A stretch of 64,000 nt of DNA from Candidatus Sungiibacteriota bacterium (GTDB lineage Bacteria; Patescibacteriota; Minisyncoccia; Sungbacterales; JACQCQ01), in NCBI GenBank assembly GCA_016201505.1, contig JACQCQ010000013.1:5285-69284 (forward strand). Reading direction: 5' to 3'. Made by a program: the position numbers and the translations under genes. Position 1 is the stretch's first letter, and the number at the start of each line of letters is the position of its first letter. The notes below the pieces were generated by a model. That model did no database searches. It was not told the origin of the DNA and saw nothing but the letters and a program-made list of their open reading frames with translations. This document shows, piece by piece, positions 26,675 to 36,187 of the stretch.

Positions 26675-28427
26675 ATTCTTCCAAAATTTTATACAGGTCA
26701 TTTTGTGTTTCGGTTCGTCCTGTCGCGTCATAGCCGATATGCTCAGCAATTGCCATAAAAATTTTATAACGCTTTAGTTTCTCCTTCATACCATTGCGCC
26801 TCACGAAAACAAGCGACGACTTCACGCCCGCGCCAAAGTGAGTAAAAGCAAATTGTGGAAGCGAAACAACGGCTAGAATCTGACATCGCTCCATAAGAAA
26901 ATCGCGGACATATTGGAGTGATGAGTTGGTCAAAATCCCATCCGGCAAAACAATCGCCATTTGGCCAGTTTCCGGCTTCAAAAAATCTACACACCTCTCG
27001 ATGAACAATATCTCGGTTTTTTGGTTGTCGCGGATTTTTTTGCCATTTTGAGCAAGCACAAATTTTTCGAGATAAGGGTGTTCGCTCCGCTTAACCGTAG
27101 CACCGAATGGCGGATTGGTAACGATGAAGTCAAAACGATTTCGTGCAAAGCCAGGATTTTTTGCCTTCATCTTTTCAATATCATTGAGCGCGTCATGGCC
27201 GATGACGTTCGTGTGGCCATCGTCGTGAATAATCATATTCATTTTGGCTACACGCGCGATGGAGTCATTTATTTCAATACCGAAAAGATTGTTTTGCGCA
27301 AAATCATGCCAATACCGCCACTGCTCTTTTTCCTCATTGGGGTAATACTCCGCCGCCTGATGTCGGACTTCGTCGAGCGTATGCAAAAGAAAGCCGCCAG
27401 AACCGCACGCAGGGTCAAGCACAAGGTCGTCATTCTTTATGCTCATCATTTTGACGGCAAAACTAACGATATTGCGCGGGGTGAAAAATTGACCGCTTTT
27501 GCCCTTGAAAAAATCCTCCATAAAATGCTCAAAGGCGACACCTTTGGTATCAAGGTCGGTTTTATCAAGAGAAATGCCCTGTAAGTGCTCGACGACGGTA
27601 TACAATTCTTCCGGCTCGATTTTCAAATCTTCCTTAAAGACTTCGGGATCAATCTTTTTCGCTTCAAGATAAATGGCGTTGATACGCTTATAGACGCTCT
27701 CCGCACTCTCGTGTGTTTTGATCTGAAAATCATAAGGGTCGCCCGTGCGGCGTCCCTTTTTTTCATCGCGAATTTTTACAAAAATAATTTTGGCGAATTC
27801 ATCAAACGCGGTGGTTGGCGCACGCTTGCCGCCCGCCCAAAGTGTATCGTGGCACTTTTGGAATGCCCGTTTTAAGTCCTCTTGGTCAATCGGCTTCAAA
27901 TCCCAATGCTGATCGCCTTTTTTGTAGCGAAATTCCTCAACTTTGCCGTAGGAAATCGGAATATCAGTGATAGTTGCCTTTTCTGGCTCTTTGTCGTTCC
28001 AAACGCCGGTTTCCATCGCGCGACGAGTATTGCCCGCTACACAATTCGAGAATGGAGCACGAAGAACGCGTGCATTGGCAATGGCTTGTTTTGTTGCTTG
28101 TTCAAATTCCGCATCGGAAATGCCATCTTTTTTACACTCAACGACGATGTAGGGCTTACGTTGAGCATTATCTTCATAAATAACAATGTCCGCGTAGCGT
28201 TCTGGTGTGCGGTCTGGCATTTCCACTTCAAGTCCGATACGCGCAGCAGGATAGTTGTATTTTTCGATAAGGTCAAAATAGTATTCAGCACGAACTTTTT
28301 CTTCGGGATCGCTTAGGTTTTCCTTGTGTCCAGACGGCAAGTATTCAATCTTCGCCCCACCGTTATGCAAACGGAAGTACCCCTTTCGTTCTCCATCTTT
28401 TAGAATTTTTTCAAATGCGGACTGCAT
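26655..28427 (-). CDS. hsdM: Type I restriction-modification N6-adenine methyltransferase HsdM
   Basis: LVLDPACGSGGFL (motif I), TNPPFG (motif IV), HsdM N-terminal domain. Confidence 0.85.
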   Translation of the reverse strand: MQSAFEKILKDGERKGYFRLHNGGAKIEYLPSGHKENLSDPEEKVRAEYYFDLIEKYNYPAARIGLEVEMPDRTPERYADIVIYEDNAQRKPYIVVECKKDGISDAEFEQATKQAIANARVLRAPFSNCVAGNTRRAMETGVWNDKEPEKATITDIPISYGKVEEFRYKKGDQHWDLKPIDQEDLKRAFQKCHDTLWAGGKRAPTTAFDEFAKIIFVKIRDEKKGRRTGDPYDFQIKTHESAESVYKRINAIYLEAKKIDPEVFKEDLKIEPEELYTVVEHLQGISLDKTDLDTKGVAFEHFMEDFFKGKSGQFFTPRNIVSFAVKMMSIKNDDLVLDPACGSGGFLLHTLDEVRHQAAEYYPNEEKEQWRYWHDFAQNNLFGIEINDSIARVAKMNMIIHDDGHTNVIGHDALNDIEKMKAKNPGFARNRFDFIVTNPPFGATVKRSEHPYLEKFVLAQNGKKIRDNQKTEILFIERCVDFLKPETGQMAIVLPDGILTNSSLQYVRDFLMERCQILAVVSLPQFAFTHFGAGVKSSLVFVRRNGMKEKLKRYKIFMAIAEHIGYDATGRTETQNDLYKILEEYEKFRK

Positions 28428-28428
28428 A

Positions 28429-28653
28429 TTATTTCTTTTTTAAGAGTTTCAGAATGTCATCTTTTTGATAGCGTCTATCCTTCCTAATTCCAATACGAAT
28501 AGCTTTAAGAATCCCTTTTGTATCCCATTGGCGAAGCGTATTCGGATGACATTTCAGAACGGCGCAAGCCTCTTTAAGCGTTAGAAGTTCGGGGATACCC
28601 CTCTTCTCCTGTTTAGTCCTAGGCATTGATTCTAACTTAACATTTGCTAACAT
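28429..28653 (-). CDS. Excisionase-family/MerR-like HTH DNA-binding protein (Xis-like)
   Basis: IPELLTLKEACAVLKCHPNTLRQWDTKGILKAIRIG. Confidence 0.5.
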   Translation of the reverse strand: MLANVKLESMPRTKQEKRGIPELLTLKEACAVLKCHPNTLRQWDTKGILKAIRIGIRKDRRYQKDDILKLLKKK

Positions 28654-28682
28654 AGGCCGTAAATAGCATCATACCTTAGAAA

Positions 28683-29396
28683 ATGGCCAACGAAGTAGCC
28701 CCTATAGAGAAACTTAGCCAAATAAACTTCCTTAGCGTCTGCGATGTCGCTATGGATATTTTAGAACAGCTCCAGCTTTCTACTGAAGATAAAGTAACTA
28801 TTAAGCTGATACGAAATCTAATAAGATTCTCTATCCTGCTGCCAGCCAAAGCGCCGAACCTTATGGACGAATATGGCGACAACCGGATGAGGGCAGTAAT
28901 TTATCTGGAAGAAATTGGTGTTATTGCACACTATAAAGTCCTTAGTGACTATAACCACTACGAAGCAGAAATCTTAATAGACTTAAATCGAGGATCATTC
29001 AATTCATTCTATGACAAGTTGGGAGAAGTATACGAAAAAAGAGTTGTGGAGCCAGCCAAGAAGAACGAAAGCCAAGGCGATACCTCGCGAATTAAATCCT
29101 CTGATTTCTCATACTCCAAAGATGATGAAGTATGCTTTCGTGGACTTAAGGCAAAAATACCAGGCAATACCAACCAGTCAGGAATATGTAAATTCCTGTT
29201 TGGGCAAAACCTCGGCAGTTGGTTTGATTGGGATACCGTTTATCAAGAGATTAAGGGTGCCGAACCTATGAAAAATGAGAGCAAGGTCATCGCAGATGCA
29301 GTCGAAGCGATAAACCAAAAGACTGAACAAACAATCGGTCTCAAAATTATTGAATTTAAGGATAAAAAGTTGAGATTGAACCCACGATTATCTTGA
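28683..29396 (+). CDS. Hypothetical protein
   Basis: 237-aa ORF with no recognisable motif. Confidence 0.45.
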   Translation: MANEVAPIEKLSQINFLSVCDVAMDILEQLQLSTEDKVTIKLIRNLIRFSILLPAKAPNLMDEYGDNRMRAVIYLEEIGVIAHYKVLSDYNHYEAEILIDLNRGSFNSFYDKLGEVYEKRVVEPAKKNESQGDTSRIKSSDFSYSKDDEVCFRGLKAKIPGNTNQSGICKFLFGQNLGSWFDWDTVYQEIKGAEPMKNESKVIADAVEAINQKTEQTIGLKIIEFKDKKLRLNPRLS

Positions 29397-29459
29397 GTCG
29401 CAAATGACTCACCCGTGAGTCATTTAGCTAAGGAATAGGCTGAAAAAGGCCTATTTTTT

Positions 29460-29642
29460 ATGCTGCCAAAAGTCGCAATCGAAGAATTTAAGAAGCTCTA
29501 TCACGCTAGATTCAAGGTTGAATTAAGCGACGAAGAAGCATCATACCGAGCCAATAACTTGGTGAATTTGTATTCCGCAGTCTATGGCCAGCCCGTCCCT
29601 GGCCGTATCCAGCCGCCCACAAAGGATTCCAAGAAATTTTAG
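29460..29642 (+). CDS. Small hypothetical protein
   Basis: ORF only; its 3' end runs into an 18-bp tandem repeat. Confidence 0.3.
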   Translation: MLPKVAIEEFKKLYHARFKVELSDEEASYRANNLVNLYSAVYGQPVPGRIQPPTKDSKKF

Positions 29643-29662
29643 GATTCCAAGAAATTTTAGGA
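29624..29662 (+). repeat. Tandem direct repeat ggattccaagaaatttta, 2 copies plus a partial third
   Basis: Seen directly. Confidence 0.6.
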
Positions 29663-29678
29663 CAACAAGTTTTAGCAT

Positions 29679-30908
29679 ATGGACACTGTTCAAATACGAA
29701 TCCGAGGACTTAACAAATTCCATGTAGCGACTTGGGCGTTGTTTAACCAGGATTTTCATCCTCGAAAGTTTGCCGAACTCTCGCGCAACGAATTGACCCA
29801 AGCGAGGAACCCAAGAGTCCCGTACTTGCGGCATTTTGTCTTGCACGGAGGAGATGGCGAGCTTTTCCGCCCGAAAGTGGAGATATTTGAATCGGCAAAC
29901 GTAGAAAAAGGCCTAACCGAATATGACCTCGTAATCACGTTCTCTATCCCCCAATTGCTTAATGAGAACAGCCTCCAAGAAATTGCTCCCAGCGATAGTT
30001 ACCGAGTTTTCGATACTCTCCGCGAACGGCTAAGCAACCTTGGAATCTCGACATTAACAGAACATATCAAGAATGGGACTGTATCGGTAGCCCATTTCTG
30101 CAAGAATATCATCCTGCCGCCGGAAATCCGATTCAGGAGTGTCTCGGCGGAACTCTCAAAAACCGACATGGGAAAAGCATACGATACGTCCGAAGAAATC
30201 ATGCAAAGAGGGACTAATAACAACGAAATCGTGCGGATACGTTGCGGCACACGGGAATGGATTTGTTATAACAAGATCGAGGACTTAAAAAACCATAAGG
30301 GCAAAGGCGCGGGGAGAAGGCGCACGCAACTTGAAAAAGACCTTTTTGCGGTTTACGCCCTTGATGGCCTAGAAGTCTTCCGATACGAGTACCGGCTCAA
30401 TAAAGCCCAAACCATAAAAAGCGAAATCAATAGCATCCTCGGAAGGCCATACCCGACGCCAATAGTGTTTAACGATTTATTTACAGAAGGACTTTGGAAA
30501 ACAGTTTTGCTTAACTCTTGGGAAAAGCTAATTATGCGTCCAGAAAACCAGCTTGCCCTCCTTGGGGGCGATGACAAGCTGGCACTATTGCATCACATAC
30601 TCCACAAGGCAGAATCGAAAGAAAGAAGTGCGCATAGCCAAAACCAAGCACTCGTAAGCTACTCACTTGCTGTAGCCATCAAAGACCACGGAGTTAAGAC
30701 GATAAGGCAAGAGCTGGCTAGAGGGTGGTCAAATAAAGCCGATGACAGGCTTACGGAGAAGCTAGAAGCAGCGGCGAGCGCAATGGAGGATTTATCTTTT
30801 TCGGATGGGTTATCTTTTATAGACCGCGAGCTTAGGCGATTTAACAGCACTACCTTGGATTCGTTTCCCAAGAAAATGGCGCTTGATAAGTCCAAAAGAA
30901 CCCTGTAA
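29679..30908 (+). CDS. Hypothetical 409-aa protein of the island; possibly an element replication/maintenance protein (unsupported guess)
   Basis: ORF only; no confident motif. Confidence 0.45.
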   Translation: MDTVQIRIRGLNKFHVATWALFNQDFHPRKFAELSRNELTQARNPRVPYLRHFVLHGGDGELFRPKVEIFESANVEKGLTEYDLVITFSIPQLLNENSLQEIAPSDSYRVFDTLRERLSNLGISTLTEHIKNGTVSVAHFCKNIILPPEIRFRSVSAELSKTDMGKAYDTSEEIMQRGTNNNEIVRIRCGTREWICYNKIEDLKNHKGKGAGRRRTQLEKDLFAVYALDGLEVFRYEYRLNKAQTIKSEINSILGRPYPTPIVFNDLFTEGLWKTVLLNSWEKLIMRPENQLALLGGDDKLALLHHILHKAESKERSAHSQNQALVSYSLAVAIKDHGVKTIRQELARGWSNKADDRLTEKLEAAASAMEDLSFSDGLSFIDRELRRFNSTTLDSFPKKMALDKSKRTL

Positions 30909-31049
30909 AATGATGATGTTGACCCGTCCAAAAGCTATCCGCCACAAAGGTATTTTTATTGGTTTTAGTGTCCCAAAAGGGGCGGTTTCAGCCGGTAGAG
31001 CTACTTCCTTTGTGGAGCAAGCGGACTGGGTCAACCTGAACCGTCCCTT

Positions 31050-32684
31050 TTGTGTTTTATGAAAGAAAATCTTAATAAAATTTCATATTTTATTTATCCC
31101 AGAAAATCTTCCGAGCAGGAAGATAGGCAGGTTGTTTCCATTGAGTCTCAAACTAGAGAACTTCAAGAAGTTGTTGTGAGAGAATCTTTGGCTGTCAAAG
31201 ACACGCTCCCCGAATCTCATTCAGCGAAATCTCCAGGCCGCCCGATTTTTAACAAAATGGTTCAAAGAATCCAGGAGGGAGAGGCAAACGGCCTCTTAGT
31301 CTGGAACGCAAGCCGTATCGCCCGTAATGCGGTTGATACAGGCCAAATTATCCATCTTCTTGATACGGGAAAGCTACTTGAGGTAAGAACCCCTAGCCAG
31401 ATATTCAGAAACACCCCAAATGATAAATTCTTACTCAATCTCTTTTGTAGCCAAGCGAAACTTGAAAATGACAATAAGGGCGTGGATGTAAAACGGGGGC
31501 TTAAAACAAAAGCGCAAATGGGTATGTATCCCTGTCACGCGACGGCAGGATATATGAACGATAAGACTGCCGAGAAGGGCTTTAAGCAATTGCATCCAGA
31601 CCCCGAACGCTTTGAGCTAGTCCGAAAGATTTTTGACCTAATCCTTACCGGAGCGTATTCGCCGATGCACGCCTTAAGAATCGCAAACGAGGATTGGAAA
31701 TTCAAAATGCCGAGCGGCAAACCTATGGGGCGCAGTACCCTGTATAACATTTTGACCCGCCCGATTTATTACGGGATGTACGAATACCCTATCGGTAGTG
31801 GGAATTGGCATCGGGGCATCCACAAGCCAATGATTACGGAAGATGAATATGACAGGATTCAAATGCTCTTAGGCAGGCAGGGTAAGCCGCGCCCTAAGAG
31901 CCACATCTTTGATTTTGCCGGAATGATGCGATGCGGAGAATGCAATGCGATGATTACGGTTGAAGAAAAATACAAACACCAAAAGAACGGAAAAATCCAT
32001 CACTATATTTATTACCATTGCACCAAGCGAAAAAATCCTAACTGCTCTCAAGGCTCAATTGAAGAAGCGGAGCTAAATAGGCAGATAAATGCGGCCATTG
32101 ATAAACTCGTTATCCCGCCCGAATTTCACGATTTTGGCATGAGGTGGTTCAGGGCGCAGAACGAGAATGAGTCATCGAGCAGAAATGCTATCCTCGCTAC
32201 CCGTCAGGAAGCCTATAAGCTCTGTATCAAGAAAATTGACGGGTATATTGATATGCGAGCGGCCAAGGAAATTACAGCAGAGCAGTATGCCCAAAGGATA
32301 GCCCCCTTGGAACGCGAGAAAGCTCAACACGAGGAGTTTTTTGCCGATATGGGTCAAAGGATAGACCAATGGATTCAAACAGCAGACGAGATGTTCACTT
32401 TTTTGGACGATGCAAAGGAAAAGTTCAAAACCGGAACCCTGGAGACAAAAAGGCAGATACTTTCGACTCTTGGTTCGAACCTCGTGATAAAAGACAAAAT
32501 ACTCACACTGGACGTGCAAAATACGCTCTTGCCAATGGAAGTCGTCTCGGAAGAGGCTAAAAAGATTTATGCACGGTTCGAACCTGTCAAAAGTGCCATA
32601 GATAAAAGGAAACTGGAGCTTGCTTACTCCAAGAGTCCACGAATGCTCCGGCGGCAGGACTCGAACCTGCGACCTGGGGATTAA
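31050..32684 (+). CDS. Large serine recombinase, paralog of 22452..24011; its 3' end overlaps tRNA-Asn in antisense
   Basis: YFIYPRKSSEQEDRQVVSIESQ catalytic region, CGECNAMITVEEK...YYHCTKRKNPNC zinc ribbon, 544 aa. Confidence 0.85.
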   Translation: MCFMKENLNKISYFIYPRKSSEQEDRQVVSIESQTRELQEVVVRESLAVKDTLPESHSAKSPGRPIFNKMVQRIQEGEANGLLVWNASRIARNAVDTGQIIHLLDTGKLLEVRTPSQIFRNTPNDKFLLNLFCSQAKLENDNKGVDVKRGLKTKAQMGMYPCHATAGYMNDKTAEKGFKQLHPDPERFELVRKIFDLILTGAYSPMHALRIANEDWKFKMPSGKPMGRSTLYNILTRPIYYGMYEYPIGSGNWHRGIHKPMITEDEYDRIQMLLGRQGKPRPKSHIFDFAGMMRCGECNAMITVEEKYKHQKNGKIHHYIYYHCTKRKNPNCSQGSIEEAELNRQINAAIDKLVIPPEFHDFGMRWFRAQNENESSSRNAILATRQEAYKLCIKKIDGYIDMRAAKEITAEQYAQRIAPLEREKAQHEEFFADMGQRIDQWIQTADEMFTFLDDAKEKFKTGTLETKRQILSTLGSNLVIKDKILTLDVQNTLLPMEVVSEEAKKIYARFEPVKSAIDKRKLELAYSKSPRMLRRQDSNLRPGD

Positions 32685-32717
32685 CAGTCCCTCGCTCTAC
32701 CACTGAGCTACGCCGGA
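32646..32717 (-). tRNA. tRNA-Asn (anticodon GTT)
   Basis: Manual fold: acceptor TCCGGCG/CGCCGGA, D arm GCTCAGTGGTAGAGC, anticodon loop CTGTTAA, T arm GCAGGTTCGAGTCCTGC, discriminator G. Confidence 0.8.
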
Positions 32718-32959
32718 ATATATTTCTTTATAAATTCTCGGCCTCGGAAGCTTTTCAATTGCTTTTCACGCCTTAAAGCCTCCCGTCGAGTAGTTAGATG
32801 TTCAGAGTATATAAGATCCCAATGGCCGTCAAATCTTGAAGTAAAGCTATTTTTAAAAGTTTTTTCCTCATGCAAAGTAAGCCTCTTTTCTAAGTTTTCT
32901 GTTTGACCAACATAAATCTTATCAAACTTTTTATTGTAGAGTGCGTAAACGAAGTACAT
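32708..32959 (-). CDS. GIY-YIG nuclease-superfamily small protein
   Basis: MYFVYALYNKKFDKIYVGQTENLEKRLTLHEE shows the GIY...YIG, R and E motifs. Confidence 0.75.
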   Translation of the reverse strand: MYFVYALYNKKFDKIYVGQTENLEKRLTLHEEKTFKNSFTSRFDGHWDLIYSEHLTTRREALRREKQLKSFRGREFIKKYIPA

Positions 32960-33003
32960 AAGCCCGCTCTACCTCCGCCGGCTGGCGGAGAGCTACGCCG
33001 GAA
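32960..33003. repeat. Partial duplicate of the tRNA-Asn 5' segment (gagctacgccggaata) preceded by the hairpin ctccgccggctggcggag
   Basis: A 16-nt direct repeat lies at 32705-32720 and 32987-33002; the two copies flank the GIY-YIG gene. Confidence 0.5.
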
Positions 33004-33053
33004 TACCAAAAAAGTATAGCCTCAAAGCAAGCTCAAATCAAATCTGGATTTAT

Positions 33054-34271
33054 CTAATACCCTTCTAACTTTCGCGCTAGCGAATGGCCGCGCATTTTTT
33101 CGATGGCTTTGGCTTCAATCTGACGGATGCGTTCGCGCGTCACGCCGAATTCCTTGCCAACTTCTTCCAAGGTATGCGTGATGCCGTCATCCAGCCCGAA
33201 ACGCATGCGCAGGATTCTTTGCTCGCGCGGCGTTAAATCGGAAATAATCCCGCTGACTTGCTCCCGAAGTAATCTCCGCGCGGCCGACTGCACCGGCGAA
33301 AGAGTTTTTTCATCCACGATAAATTCGCCGAGCACCGAATCCCCCTCATCGCTGTCATCCCCCACTGGCGCTTCGAGGCTCACCGTCTCTTGCGAAATCT
33401 TTTGAATGTAATGCACCTTTTCGACATCTACCCCCATTTCAGAGGCGATCTCCTCCGGCAACGGTTCGCGGCCCAAATCTTGCAGGAGCCTTCGTTTTAC
33501 CTGCTGGAACTTTGAGATAGTTTCAACCATATGCACCGGGATGCGAATAGTGCGCGCCTGATCGGCAAGCGCCCGCGTGATGGCTTGCCTAATCCACCAA
33601 GTGGCATAGGTGGAAAATTTAAATCCTTTGCGATAATCGAATTTTTCGACCGCCTTAAAGAGACCGATATTCCCCTCCTGAATTAAATCAAGCAATGTTA
33701 AATGCGGCGATCGGCCGACATATTTTTTGGCGAGCGAAACCACCAGCCGGAGGTTGGCTTGGGTTAACTTTTTTTTAGCCTCCTCATCGCCTTTTTCAAT
33801 TTTTCGCGCCAGATCTTTTTCCTCATCGCCCGTCAGCAAAGAGATCCGGCCAATTTCACGCAGATACATCTGAACCGAGTCAGAGGATAATTGCTCCAAG
33901 TCGGCTTCTTGCTCTCTGCGGCGGCGCTTCATATCGGGTTCTTTTGGCTGCGGAGCGTCTAAAAATTCACGCGCTTCCAAGACTTCAATATTTGCCGCCT
34001 CAAATTTTTGATAGAGCCGTTCTAAGGTCTCCAAATCAGTCTCAATTTGGGGAAATTCAGCCATAATTTCGGCATAGGTCACGAACTCGCGATCACCGCC
34101 CTTCTTCAGCAAATGCTGGATTTTTAATTCAGTTGCGTCTTTTGATTTCGCCGCTTTTCTGAATTTTGATTTCTTTTTGCCAAAACGCGCCGACTTTCTT
34201 TTTTTCAGCTTTTGCGTTTTCCTCATTTTTCTTATTTTTACTTTCTTTCGTTTGATTTTCCTTTTCTTCAT
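33054..34271 (-). CDS. rpoD: RNA polymerase sigma-70 factor
   Basis: Region 2 [39 protein letters not shown] and region 4 [20 protein letters not shown]. Confidence 0.9.
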   Translation of the reverse strand: MKKRKIKRKKVKIRKMRKTQKLKKRKSARFGKKKSKFRKAAKSKDATELKIQHLLKKGGDREFVTYAEIMAEFPQIETDLETLERLYQKFEAANIEVLEAREFLDAPQPKEPDMKRRRREQEADLEQLSSDSVQMYLREIGRISLLTGDEEKDLARKIEKGDEEAKKKLTQANLRLVVSLAKKYVGRSPHLTLLDLIQEGNIGLFKAVEKFDYRKGFKFSTYATWWIRQAITRALADQARTIRIPVHMVETISKFQQVKRRLLQDLGREPLPEEIASEMGVDVEKVHYIQKISQETVSLEAPVGDDSDEGDSVLGEFIVDEKTLSPVQSAARRLLREQVSGIISDLTPREQRILRMRFGLDDGITHTLEEVGKEFGVTRERIRQIEAKAIEKMRGHSLARKLEGY

Positions 34272-34423
34272 CCCGTTAGAACTATATATTATTTAAAAGC
34301 AATTTAACAAAATTCGATAACAGGTCTTGAGCCACATTGAGTCTTTGCGAAATCAAGTTCTAACGGGACTCATAGAAAAAGTCTCTCAAGTGTGGGATTA
34401 TGATAAAACAGATATAAAAATCG

Positions 34424-36187
34424 CTATCTCTTTTCAAGAGATCGCAACTTTTCAGATGCATCTTTAAAATCATGGAGCAACGCCCCGACGCGCTCCTCGT
34501 CACCGGACCGTTCAGCCTCATTGATCGATTCGGCAATCAATGTCAGGCGCTCTTTTAGGCGTTCTCGTTCAACTTCGCGAATACAAGCGGCAATTTCAAC
34601 CCGGGAGTCTTTAATATTCGAAAAAAGAGACTCAACCTCGAAAATAATCCGATCCACGTACGTTCGCCATTCCTCCGGCAGGCGCTCCAGCATATCCGAA
34701 ACCTCATCTTGAGGCCCAGTCTCGAAGACCTTGATAATTTCGCCGTGCGGACTGATAGCAAAGAGGAGCGAAGTATCATGTTCTTTTAACATGACTCTCG
34801 CCTCGGGGTAGAGGAATAGTGCGCCCAAAATGCGCTCTTCGAGTTGTTGCGTTTTTAACCTTCCGGGCTTCGTTGACTCTATCCTGTTTGACGCGTTTCC
34901 GTCAATTGCCAACAGATAGCGCCGTAACTCAGCCCAGACCGCTTCTTCTTTAATCCCCAAAGTGCCGGCAATTTTTGAAATCCAATGAGCACGCTCAATT
35001 TCATTTTCAATCTTGGCAACTTCCGGAAGCAAGTAACGGCTAAAATCTTTTTTTGATTCGGCCGTTTTCAGATTATATTTTTGTGTGGCTCGCTCACAGT
35101 AAAAATCCATCAAGGATTTTGACCCCTCTACCGCCGCTTGCCAAATTTTCGGATCTTCAAGAATTGCATCCGCCGGATCTTTGCCTTTAGGAATAACCGC
35201 CACCCGCCGGTTAAAATCGTAGGCCGCAGCAAGATCCAAGCTTCGGCGCGTCGCTGTCTCCCCAGCTTCGTCGGCATCAAAGGATGAAATCAGCGTATCG
35301 GTATAGCGCTTTAAATTGATTAAATGTTTATCCGTCATGGCGGTGCCCGAGACGGCGATAGTTTCAGTCAGGCCAGCTTGATGCGACATGATCAAATCCA
35401 TCTGGCCCTCAACCACAATACAGCGATTTTTTTTGCGGATGGCGTCCTTTGCCCTATCGAGGCCAAACAAAACGCGTGACTTATCATAGACCATAGTCTG
35501 CGGCGAGTTCACATACTTGGCCTCATCGGTTTTTCTGCCGCTTTCAAAGATGCGGCCGGAAAAAGCGATGACTTTCCCGTTTACATCAAAAATCGGAAAC
35601 ATGATGCGATTGCGGAATCGGTCATAATAGGAATCGCGCCGCTTTTCGCTCCTGATGCAAAGCCCGGCCGAGACCATCTCAGCAAAAGTATAATTCTTGG
35701 CGCGCAGGTGGTAGGAAAGCTCATCCCAGGCATCGGGCGCATAGCCGATGCGAAAATTGCTCATTGTCTCATCTTTCAGTCCGCGCAGGCGCAAATATTG
35801 AACCACCGCAGGCACTTTTTTTAACTGGCTTTGGTAGAATTTTGTAGCTTCTTCCATGACGGCATACATCCGCTCGCGCTCGGTGCGAAGCCGCGGGTCT
35901 TCGCGCACGAGTTCCACGCCGGTTCGTTCAGCCAGCGTTTTTAAGGCATCGCGAAACTCCACGTTCTCAAGTTCCATCACAAACTTAAACGCATCGCCGC
36001 CTTTTGAACAGCCGAAGCAGTGCCAGGTTTGTCTGGTTGGCGAGACAATAAACGAGGGCGTCTTTTCCGAATGAAACGGGCAGAGCCCCTTCCAATTAAT
36101 CCCGGCGCGCGACAGCTTCACATAGCCTTGGATGAAAGGCACGATATCAAGCCTTGATTTAATTTCCTGGATGACTGGGTCAGACAT
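34424..36187 (-). CDS. dnaG: DNA primase
   Basis: Zinc finger CPFHSEKTPSFIVSPTRQTWHCFGCSKGGD and TOPRIM CIVVEGQMDLI. ORF track runs to 36226; the likely start is the internal Met (MSDPVIQEIKSRLDIV). Confidence 0.85.
   Translation of the reverse strand: MSDPVIQEIKSRLDIVPFIQGYVKLSRAGINWKGLCPFHSEKTPSFIVSPTRQTWHCFGCSKGGDAFKFVMELENVEFRDALKTLAERTGVELVREDPRLRTERERMYAVMEEATKFYQSQLKKVPAVVQYLRLRGLKDETMSNFRIGYAPDAWDELSYHLRAKNYTFAEMVSAGLCIRSEKRRDSYYDRFRNRIMFPIFDVNGKVIAFSGRIFESGRKTDEAKYVNSPQTMVYDKSRVLFGLDRAKDAIRKKNRCIVVEGQMDLIMSHQAGLTETIAVSGTAMTDKHLINLKRYTDTLISSFDADEAGETATRRSLDLAAAYDFNRRVAVIPKGKDPADAILEDPKIWQAAVEGSKSLMDFYCERATQKYNLKTAESKKDFSRYLLPEVAKIENEIERAHWISKIAGTLGIKEEAVWAELRRYLLAIDGNASNRIESTKPGRLKTQQLEERILGALFLYPEARVMLKEHDTSLLFAISPHGEIIKVFETGPQDEVSDMLERLPEEWRTYVDRIIFEVESLFSNIKDSRVEIAACIREVERERLKERLTLIAESINEAERSGDEERVGALLHDFKDASEKLRSLEKR

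Larger units (their letters stand above)
16270..33003. mobile_element. Putative composite integrated island(s) adjoining tRNA-Asn: two large serine recombinases, an excisionase-like HTH, an RM/defence cargo and repeat structures
   Basis: tRNA adjacency, a recombinase overlapping the tRNA 3' end, a duplicated tRNA segment, all-accessory gene content, and AT-richer composition than the flanks. Confidence 0.5.

Noticed and set aside
26961-28316. Three plus-strand ORFs (26961..27584, 27585..27875, 27882..28316) opposite hsdM
   Set aside because: They are antisense to an HsdM with intact motifs I and IV. The low-complexity F/I/K-rich products are typical of AT-rich antisense frames.
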